This document shows, in pieces, positions 22,071 to 32,100 of a stretch of 64,000 nt of DNA. Source of the DNA: an uncultured Clostridia bacterium (GTDB lineage Bacteria > Bacillota > Clostridia > TANB77 > CAG-508); assembly GCA_948678575.1 (NCBI GenBank), contig CAPPGO010000001.1, positions 195,951 to 259,950 of the forward strand, in the 5' to 3' direction. Made by a program: the position numbers and the translations under genes. The notes below the pieces were generated by a model. That model saw nothing but the letters and a program-made list of their open reading frames with translations, did no database searches and was not told where the DNA came from. Position 1 is the first letter of the stretch, and every line of letters begins with the position of its first letter.

Positions 22071-23597
22071 TTATTTTGTATATATATTAATGTTAGTATT
22101 TTCATCTATGTGCCATTGTTCGATAAAATCGATGTATAAATTATTATCTAAATTTACACTAGGTTTTAAACATATTGAACCGTCTGATTTTAAACTTCCC
22201 CATACTCCGCCTTGTTTTACAGCAGAATATCCATAATCATTTTGTTCTGTTGCATCATCATATATACAATCTACTATTCTTTCACCATTTTTATTTTCAT
22301 AACCATATTTTCCATTTTCTTTTATAAGGAATAATGTGTGTGATGGCATTACTTCTTGCGCTTTCTTCTCTTCAAATTGGAAATTATAATATTTGTAATC
22401 ATCATTTACTCTAATTCTAATATAACCTTTTTCTGTATTTATTTCTGAAATAATAACCTCAGAAAGTACAATTTTTAAATCTTTATCTATTATATCTGTT
22501 TTAAAGTTTTCTCCATCTGCTTCTATAAAATTAGCTACTTTTCTATATGCCATATCTGAATATTTAAAATCAAGTACAGTTTCATTTCCAATTTTTACTA
22601 AACCAAATTTATCGCCTTTTTTTGCAATATAAGTTTTATCAAATGAGACAGATAAATAATCATATTCACAAGGTATTTGAGAATTTCCAGAAGTATCTAT
22701 AACTCCATATTTATCATTATTTTTAATAACTATATATTCTCCATCAATTGATACAACTTCTGAAAATCCACTAGTTAATACATCTTCACCTGATTTATTT
22801 ATTATTTTATCTTTTCCACCCTCAGTTACAACATACATTTCGTTACTTGCAACATTATATATTTTGTCATATTTGCATTCCAAAATTTGTTTTTTGTCTG
22901 TTGTTATAACTCCAAAAAATGAATTATCTTTATTTTTAACAATATATCCATTTTCGTATGTATTTCCTAGACTTGAAATTTCAGCATATCCAGCTTCTAT
23001 TATTACTTCACCTAAACTATTATTAACTAATCCAAGAAGTCCATCTTTCTCTACAATAATACTTTTTTCTATTCCAGGCATTGCATAGATTTTATCATAT
23101 TCTGCTGGTACTATTTCTTTTCCTGCAAAATTGATTAATCCCCATTTTCCATCTTTTTTATATTTTAATATTTCTTTTTCATACCAAATATTGTTATTAT
23201 CATAATTTTCAATAGCTTCAACTAATTCATAATTAGTTAAGATTTCTTTTCCTTTTTCGTTTAAAATTCTAGTTTTATGTTCTCCTGTTTCATAATTTAC
23301 ATCATAAGTACATATAAATAAATCTTTATTTTTATCTGGAATAACTATCATTTCATCTTGATTTGTTTCTAATATTGTGCTTCCATTATTGTCCACAACA
23401 CCCCATTTATTATTTTCAAAAACAGTAAAATAAGTAGTAGGAGATGCAACCTCTCCTTTAATTTCTGTTGTTGTTAATAAATTTTTAAGTGAAATTATAA
23501 ACATTACAAATACTGCTATTGCAATCAATGTAGCAAGTACCTTTTTTATATTTAACTTAGGCTTTTCATCGTATCTTTTTCCTCTGGCTTTGCTCAT
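22071..23597 (-). CDS. WG-repeat (KWG-like) domain protein with an N-terminal TM segment
   Basis: It has at least five repeats of the type KWGLINFAGKEIVPAEYDKI, KYGVIDTSGNSQIPCEYDYL, KFGLVKIGNETVLDFKYSDM, KYGYENKNGERIVDCIYDDA and VWGSLKSDGSICL. Confidence 0.6.
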   Translation of the reverse strand: MSKARGKRYDEKPKLNIKKVLATLIAIAVFVMFIISLKNLLTTTEIKGEVASPTTYFTVFENNKWGVVDNNGSTILETNQDEMIVIPDKNKDLFICTYDVNYETGEHKTRILNEKGKEILTNYELVEAIENYDNNNIWYEKEILKYKKDGKWGLINFAGKEIVPAEYDKIYAMPGIEKSIIVEKDGLLGLVNNSLGEVIIEAGYAEISSLGNTYENGYIVKNKDNSFFGVITTDKKQILECKYDKIYNVASNEMYVVTEGGKDKIINKSGEDVLTSGFSEVVSIDGEYIVIKNNDKYGVIDTSGNSQIPCEYDYLSVSFDKTYIAKKGDKFGLVKIGNETVLDFKYSDMAYRKVANFIEADGENFKTDIIDKDLKIVLSEVIISEINTEKGYIRIRVNDDYKYYNFQFEEKKAQEVMPSHTLFLIKENGKYGYENKNGERIVDCIYDDATEQNDYGYSAVKQGGVWGSLKSDGSICLKPSVNLDNNLYIDFIEQWHIDENTNINIYTK

Positions 23598-23682
23598 TTA
23601 AAAACCTCCAAATTTTCTATTTAAAATATTATTATACATTTCTACTATATCATATTTCCGTAGTAAAATACAATACCATAAA

Positions 23683-23711
23683 AAGAAAAATAGACGAAAA
23701 TTCGCCTATTT
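23683..23711 (-). terminator. Putative rho-independent terminator overlapping the spoIIE stop codon
   Basis: It is an imperfect inverted repeat AAATAGaCGAA / TTCGcCTATTT, followed on the minus strand by TTCTTTTTAT. Confidence 0.45.
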
Positions 23712-25988
23712 TTTCTTTATTATTTTTGCAACTATAACAGTTATATCATCACCTGCAACTCCATAATTATTGTCTATTGCTTCTGCTAAAAGCATATCTG
23801 ATATTTTCTGTACATTGTTTGTATTTATTTTTCTCAAAAAGTCTTCAATCCAATCTTTTTGGAATTCTTCCTTAGAATCTAACAAACCATCACTACAAAT
23901 AAGAACTATATCTCCATCTGAAACTGGTACTATTTTTTCTTTCAAATTTACATCTAAGCCTACGCCTATTGGCATTTCTTCTGATTTTATTATCGAAATG
24001 TTCTTTTTATTTTTAATATATGTATTGCAAGCACCATTTTTAATTAAACTTAAATTTCCTTCATATAAATCTAATACACACATATCTAGTGTAGCAAATT
24101 CATCTTCTGCTGTTTTTAAACTTAAAGTGCTATTTATAAGTTTAACAGATTGCTCTTTTTCAAAACCTGTTTGTAAAAGTTTTTTTAGTTTTGTAATTAC
24201 TAATTTACTATTTTCTCTTGCCTTAGCACCTGTTCCCATTCCATCACTAATAGCTAAAATATATTTTCCATCATCTAATCTCATTTGCAAGTTACAATCA
24301 CCAGAAGCTTCGCTATCATCTTTTGATATTTTAGAACTTCCTACTTGCATTATAAATTTATCTTCTGTTGAATATGTTTGTACATATTCCCCTGTTTCCA
24401 CATTTCTTCTATCTTTTTGAAAAGACATTTTGCTTCCAATTGTTTTAGAAATTAAATCAGATATATTTGCAATTTTACTTTTTTCTCTTAAAGTTGTATC
24501 TTTTATATCTAATTTGATTTCCACAATGTATTTTCCATTTTTTACCTGTCTTATATTAGCTTTTTCTATTGGAATATTTTTTCCAGATAATATTTTTTCC
24601 AGCTCTTTTTCCTTTTTGACAATTTTTTCATCCTTTTTTTGAGAAACTTTTTCTATGCATACATCTACCGCTTTTGCTACTTCCTTAGCAACTTCAACCA
24701 TTTTTTTATTTGCTTTTTTATTTTCATTTATTTTAATATTTTCAATTTGTATAATTTTATATGCTCTGTTTGATACTTTAATTACTTCTCTTAAATCATC
24801 TTTTATTTTTTGATCTTGCACTAAAATATAATTATTATTTCTTTTAAAGATATCCACAAGATCATCTTCTAATATAATATCATTATGCTCTAATACATCA
24901 AATATATTTCTTATAATGTCACTTTCCGCAAGGATTAGCTCATCATAAAAAATATTTTCTTGTATTTCTTCTAAATTTTCAAAAAATGCTTCTTCATATT
25001 TTTCATATTTTTGACTTTCTTGTTTGTCCACATCTATTTCTGTAAAGTTTTCTTCAATTGTTTCTTTAAGTCCTTCTAATTCTGTAACAATATCTTTATT
25101 TTCTGTAAGTCTTGTTTCACCCTTATTATCTAACATCTTAGTTCTGCTAAATATTTTATATAAATCCATTTTCTTAAAATTACTTAGTACTCCTACTAAA
25201 AATGCTGGTGCTACAAATACTATAATATTACTTAAATCAAAAGCTTGTACAAAACATAACATTATTCCTGCAAGCAAAGCTGTTGCTATTCCTGCAAGCA
25301 TTCCTTTTTGCCAACCTAATATTATTATTAAGAACATACCTACAATACTTGATATTGTTAATTTATCTATAATATTGTTATTAAAAAATGACAATGCAAG
25401 AACTATTATTGCTATACCAGATGCTGTTTCTTCAATAGTAAATACTTTTTTAATATTAAAATCTTTTATTATAATAATTCCATTTACAAAAATTTTATAA
25501 AAAACATACAAAATTCCACCTGTAACACCTGCTGAAAATAAATCTGATACCCAGATATCACTTCCCCAATTTTTAATGATTTTACATATAATATAAGCCC
25601 AAAATAATCTACTTCCTGTTTTATATATTTCGTTTCTTTCTTCTACACAAACCTTAGGTTTAAATAGCATTATTAATACGAAATATACAATTGAAAGCCA
25701 AAATACATTTGCAAACTCTCCACTGCCTAATGATATAGCTGTGCCTAATAAGCTTGATATATACACCAAAAAAATTGGAACTGTACTTCCTAAGCAAGCT
25801 GCTACCATTGCAATCCCTAGCGGAATATATACATCTTTAACAGTAATCATTGATACTAAAAATGTTAAAACATATATTACAATATTTTGAATTTTGAATA
25901 ATTCTTTGTAAATTTTAATAAATTTTGAATTATTTTTAACATTTTCATTTACATTTTGCATTGTTTCTTCTGCAATATTTTGAAACAT
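23706..25988 (-). CDS. spoIIE: Stage II sporulation protein E (PP2C-type phosphatase with polytopic N-terminal membrane domain)
   Basis: The 760-aa ORF has about 10 N-terminal TM helices, a central region, and a C-terminal PP2C domain (ISDGMGTGAKARENS...LDMCVLDLYEGNLSLIKNGACNTYI...LICSDGLLDSKEE). Confidence 0.9.
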   Translation of the reverse strand: MFQNIAEETMQNVNENVKNNSKFIKIYKELFKIQNIVIYVLTFLVSMITVKDVYIPLGIAMVAACLGSTVPIFLVYISSLLGTAISLGSGEFANVFWLSIVYFVLIMLFKPKVCVEERNEIYKTGSRLFWAYIICKIIKNWGSDIWVSDLFSAGVTGGILYVFYKIFVNGIIIIKDFNIKKVFTIEETASGIAIIVLALSFFNNNIIDKLTISSIVGMFLIIILGWQKGMLAGIATALLAGIMLCFVQAFDLSNIIVFVAPAFLVGVLSNFKKMDLYKIFSRTKMLDNKGETRLTENKDIVTELEGLKETIEENFTEIDVDKQESQKYEKYEEAFFENLEEIQENIFYDELILAESDIIRNIFDVLEHNDIILEDDLVDIFKRNNNYILVQDQKIKDDLREVIKVSNRAYKIIQIENIKINENKKANKKMVEVAKEVAKAVDVCIEKVSQKKDEKIVKKEKELEKILSGKNIPIEKANIRQVKNGKYIVEIKLDIKDTTLREKSKIANISDLISKTIGSKMSFQKDRRNVETGEYVQTYSTEDKFIMQVGSSKISKDDSEASGDCNLQMRLDDGKYILAISDGMGTGAKARENSKLVITKLKKLLQTGFEKEQSVKLINSTLSLKTAEDEFATLDMCVLDLYEGNLSLIKNGACNTYIKNKKNISIIKSEEMPIGVGLDVNLKEKIVPVSDGDIVLICSDGLLDSKEEFQKDWIEDFLRKINTNNVQKISDMLLAEAIDNNYGVAGDDITVIVAKIIKKK

Positions 25989-26139
25989 CCTTAACCACCT
26001 CTTACTTTCTTAAAATAATATACCTTTTAATAAATAGATTTTTTTGTCAATTTAAGCACACTATTTTAAAAAGTTTTCTACAATTTGTGATAATTTATAA
26101 CATTGACATTTTATTACACTTTTTGGCAAAAAACAATAG

Positions 26140-26177
26140 CAAAAAAGAAACTTCTAGATTTTTTCTAGAAGTTTCTT
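26140..26177 (-). terminator. Rho-independent terminator after the B2 giant gene (14-bp stem AAGAAACTTCTAGA / TCTAGAAGTTTCTT, T5 loop, U-tract)
   Basis: The perfect inverted repeat sits immediately 3' of the stop at 26187 and is followed on the minus strand by TTTTTGCTATTGTTTTTT. Confidence 0.75.
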
Positions 26178-26186
26178 CCATTTAGT

Positions 26187-29100
26187 TTATTTTTTCAAAA
26201 CTGTTTTTTTGATTATTACTATACCTACTGCTAATATTACTAATGCAACTACTGATACAATTAACATTTGAATTGTAAGAGCTGTCTTTGTATTTAAACC
26301 TGTTGGAGGTGTAAATGTGATAAGCTCTGTTGCACTCGCATCTCTTTCATCAAGTGATACTGTGAATTCTCCAAGTTTTGGATCAGCATTACCTGCAATA
26401 GTTTCGATATCTCTCTTACCAACTGTATTTTCAAATTTAACTATTTCAGCGATATTATCATAAGTTAAATCGTCTTCATCAATTTCACTATCAATAGATC
26501 TTGTCATAGTTAAATTCATTAATGTTTCGCAAGATGTATCTAACTCACTATTTTGGTTAGATGCACTAAATGGAACTAATTTAATTATAAAGTCTGGGTT
26601 TGCAAGTTTATCTCCATTTACTCCATCAACACTTAATATCAAGTTACTTCTTTCATTTGTTGAGTATGCAATTCCTCTATCATCTACAATGTTGTTTATT
26701 CCATCATACTCTCCAATGATATTGCTATCTATTGCTTTTGCTTCTAGTAATTCATCAGGTGTTGTAGATTTCCAACTTGTATTTAATTCATTATTTTGGT
26801 CTGCTTTAAATACTGCATCATTATCTACATAATCAATTAATTGTCTTATTGTTGTTGTTACAACTATGTCAGATTGTGTATAAGCTTCATTTTTACCAAT
26901 GTAGTAAATACTTCCTATAAATTCTCCGACTTTTGGATGTTTTACGCTAGTTAATTTTCCATCAACTTTAACGTAAGTTTGATCTTTAATTTCTTCTGCC
27001 TTAGCAAGAAGTTCCTCAGGAGTAGAGTTTTCCACAAATGGATTTGCTCTATCTACTTCACCAATATTCAATACTGTAAATCTGTACTTAACTTCTAGAT
27101 TTAAAGATTGAGCAATTGTATCATCATAATAAATGTATCTGAAATTTTGTAATCCTTCTTCTTCATTTTTATTTTGAGCAAGTAAGTGTTCTGTTCCGAA
27201 AGATTTTTCTTTATTTAATTCTACATTTGCTTTATAGCTTGCTTTTCCTGTATCTTCATCCAATGTATAGTCATAACTAATATCATATACTGCTTTTAGT
27301 ATAGGATCAGTTCCTGTATTTGGTGTAAGTGTTATAGATTCAATTTCTTTATCAAGTACAATTTCTGTATTTGATCTTTCTTCGATACCTATATCTACTG
27401 CTTCAATTACATAATTGTAATTGATATATGTTACAGTACCTTTTGCACCGTTTATATCTGATTTACCATAAACATAGTTTGATGTTATTCCGTTTTGAGT
27501 TTCTTCTCCACCTGCTATAACCTCAGTTTGTTCACCAGTAATTCTATCAGTTATAATTACTTTTTGACCAGCTAAGCTGTTCATATTTTCAATATTCAAA
27601 TTGATTTTTGCTGTATCTGCAAACATACTTGTATTTTTATATAATTCTGTATGATCTGCTGTATAATTATTTGCTGTTGCTAATACTGATGTTATTGTAT
27701 GATCTAACACTCTTGAATATGCCATAACTTCAAGTCTTCTTGATTCGTTATCTATTGCATCTGAGTTATGTGTAATAACTTCACCATTTTCATCATATTT
27801 ACATGTTGTGAAATCATACCATTCGTTATCTATATAACCATCATTATTAGATACATTTGCTGTTTTTCCATCTTCACCTACAATGTCTGCTTGATATGTT
27901 GTTGTTTTGAAGTCTTGACCATTGTAAACTGCTGGATGTCTTGAATTATCATCAGAAGTTTGAGGTTCTGCCACTCCATCTAGTTTTACTAGATTTCCTT
28001 CATCATCTAAACTATCTGATGGAAAATCACCATAAGTAAATCTTACTACATAATTTCCGGCTGGTATATTTGCAAATTTATACATACCAGTATCTTCTGG
28101 TCTATTACTTGTTAATGTAATACTGTCAAATCCTGTAATTTCTTCTAATGTTTTACCATTTAAGAAGTCGAAACTTTGAGCTGTTGGCCATACGAAATCA
28201 TATTCTTTATATGTTTCTGTACCTTCTGGTTGTTTTACTCTAACTTTTTCTACCATTTGAGTAGTTAAGTTTCCAATTAATCTTTCATCATCGTCATAGA
28301 TACCATTACCTACTACTTGATTATAATCAATTTTTTCAGTCTCTTTATCTTCCCAAGCCATACCAGTTACATCTCTTGTCTCTTTATATAAGTCTAATGT
28401 TATGATTGGTGCTGAATCGCAATCATCTTCATACCATTCTTTTGTATTTTTATTTTCGATATCAACATTATTTGCTGCTGAATCTTTATCAATTTTACCA
28501 GCTATTTTTTGAGTATCTGCATAATATGTTGAATATGCTCCAATTTCTGCAACATTAGATTTTGTACCTAATCTTACATAAGATCTTACTGCATCTGATA
28601 ATCCAGATTGATCTCCGAAAACTGCTGGTGCTTCGTCAGTTCTAACTTTAAATGTTAAGTACACTTCAAGTTTTTCACCTACTGCTAATCTGAAATCTTG
28701 ATCACTTAAATCAATTTCAGCTTTATAATATTTTTTACCTTCTTCACTTCTAACTTTTTCAGAAATTTCCATTCCTTCATTGCCAGATGCTTCGGCTACT
28801 GTATCGATTGAACTGTTAACTAAATCTCCTGTTACATTAATTTTTCCTTCAATAGATTTTGTTAATTGTTCTGCCCACATACTATCGCCAGAAGGACCTT
28901 TTTTAATTACATAAGCAGGTGTAGCAACTGTTGTTTCTCTATCAACACTTATGCCATTTGCTTCTTGAATGTATCTTGAAACTGTTGTATCAACTAATTC
29001 TAAGTCTTCATCAAAGTAATCTGTTAATTTCTTAACATCTGCTAGATAAGAATCTGAATTGTTATATACGCCAATCTTATATGTTAAGAATACATCTAAG

Positions 29101-32100
29101 TCTAATTCTTCTGATAAATTATCTTTACCAATTGATCTATAAAATTCTTCAAGAGCTCCTCTTACTTCGTTTCCTTCATAAACTTTTGCTCTATAATAGT
29201 AATCACTTTCATATAAGTCTAATTTATATGAAATATTTGCATCTGCAACTTTTAATTGTAGATTTAAGTAATCTTTATATTCTTCGTTTTCAAAATCTAT
29301 ATATTCATTATATTTGTAATTCATCAATTTTTGATTTACTACTACATTTGCTGAATATACATCTTTTGTAACTGCAAGTTCTGCTTCATCTCTTCTTACT
29401 AAACCTAAATTGATATTTAATAAGTAAGGATATGTTGCTGAGTAGTGGTATTTAATTATAATTCCACTTTCAATTTTATTTAAGTATTTTTCAATATACT
29501 CTAAATGATATTTATTGTCGAATGGCCATGTTAAACCTCCTGTTGAAGTTCTTGCTGGCATTCTAAATTGTTCTCTGATATATCCATCATTTAATGTTTG
29601 AAGATCAGATATTTTTCTAGTATTTCCATCTAATGATGGGATTGAATCAGTAGAATAATATAATAAATCTGTTCTTCCACCGTCTGTTCCTATTGCATAT
29701 CCATCTGTTGAGCCATCATCATAAATTGGTGTATCACCAGTGATTGTTGCGAATTTATTATCAAAAGCTTCTCTTTCTGCTGGATCTTCTATTGCCATAG
29801 AATCTCTATTATATTCATTTCTTCTAGCGTTATTTCCTCTTCTAAAATCAGAAGCTGAACCACTTACTAAAAAGTCTGTTGGTTTATATGTTTGACCATC
29901 ATAGTAGAATTCTACATCATAATTAGCTCTTGTAATACCAGATGCTTTTTCTTCATCTGTTAAACCTGGAACTGACATTCTTGGTGCTTCCCATATACCA
30001 TCTGCTGATGTATATATAGGATAGCTAATTTCTGTATCAGAACCTGCTTCATATCCTTTTGCTAAAACTCTGCTTACTTCTGTTTGTCCTTGATATAGGA
30101 CTTTCCAAATAAATACTTCTACATTTGGAATTCCCAATTCTCCATTATCATATTTGCCATTTGCAACTGAATCCTCAGTATTTTTATCTTCTTCATTTAA
30201 TGGAGCATCTTCCCAAACAACACCTGACATTGCCATTGTTAAATCGTATTCAGTAATGATTTTGTATTCATTTGTACAAATAACTTCGATAGTTTTATCA
30301 TCTAAAATTGTTCCATTTGAACTTGATATACTTAATTGCTTCCAACCTTCTGGCATAGCTGTTTCACTTACAGAATATGTTGGAGCATCGCCTAACCAAG
30401 TAATTTCTGGTGATGTCCATGTTTCATTTGGTTTTAATGTTGTGTTTATAATTTTTGTTCCATTTACAATACTTTCTCCATCACATTCAAATGTTCCAGA
30501 AATTCTTGCTGCAAATGAGAACTCTACATTATTATCTACACCAATCTTGTCATCTGTTTCTATTTTCTTAGTAATAGAAATACGACCTGATTTTGGATTT
30601 GTTGCTTTATTTGTTACTTTAACACTTATTTTTTTATCTTTTTCAAGAGTACCAGAACCATTCTCAATACCTAGTAATTCCCAACCATCTGGTAAATTAA
30701 TTTCTTTTACTTCATATTTTGGAGGTGTTGTTCCTTTTTTCCAAACATATTTATCTGACCATGTTTGACCAGCTTTTAATGTTTTAGTGTATGTTGTTCC
30801 TCCAACTTCTAATACAACTGTAAAACTTTCTGTTGAAGTAACATTTCCATCTAATACTTTTTGTATAGATATTTCTGCACTATCCCAATCATTTCCATCA
30901 TCAGTATTATATGCGTTTATTTCAACATCTTCTCCTAGTTTGCCTTCTTTATTGGTAATTTTATAAAGTTTTGCACCTTCTGGAATATTAACCTCTTCTA
31001 CTTTATATCTCGGAGCATCTCCTGTATATTCAATGTCTCCTGAATCCCAAGTTTCTCCTGGGTGAATTGTTATAATTCCATCTGATGTTGTTTTATCATT
31101 TACAAATAATTTATTGTCAATGTATAACTTGAATTGGAATTCCCAATCTTTATGTTTTTCATCAAAGTGTTTTGTAATGTGAACTCTACCATAATGTGGT
31201 TGCTCTGTATTTGTAACATTAAATACGAAAGTATTTTCTCCCTCAATTGTTTTTTGAATATCTTTTAATTTATAATTGTCAGCTATATCACCTTCAAAAG
31301 CTTCTTTAACTTCGATTGTTGGTGTATCTTCACCAATTGCTAATTTATATGTTCCACTAACGAATGTTCTATTTGCTGGAACTTTTACTCTATCAAATAA
31401 TTCTCCATTTTTATAAACTTCAAAAACGAATTTATCTGATGTTGTTACTGGATTACCATTTTTATCAACAACTTTCTTGTTGATTTTATAACTCCATTCT
31501 CCTGGTTTATCTAAATCTGGTCCATCATTTAAGTCTAAGTCTGTATATAAATACCATCTAGCACCAATTACACCATAACCTAGCATTTGAGCTGTTTGTT
31601 CTTTCATGCCAGTTAAATCTAACCAATAATTCCATTTAATAGCATGTTTAGAAGAATATCCATGTGAACATTTTCCATCACAAGTGCTATCTTCTCCATG
31701 TGAAGAGTGTCCACATGAACCTGAACAATATTGTGAAACTTCTGAATTTGGTGTCCATGTTTGTTCAAAGTATGTACCTTCTAGTCTTTCATATCTACCA
31801 CCAGCATTCATATATTTGAAGTCAAAGTGTAAGTTTGTTAATTCTGTTACACCTTCCATATAATCTAATTCTATATAAAATACTTCGTTTGCATGTGGAA
31901 ATCTATAATTATCTGTTGTTTCCCTTTGATCTTTTAAGAAATTAAATTTCCATTTTGCCCCTTCAATTTCTTGAATTGGATTTTCAATTCCTTCTTCATC
32001 TTCTTTTATTGCAAATGGAACTTCAATTTCTGCTCCATTTTGTTTAACAAATAATTGTGCATTTGTTATACCTGCAAATTGAACTGGATCCCTTTGATCC

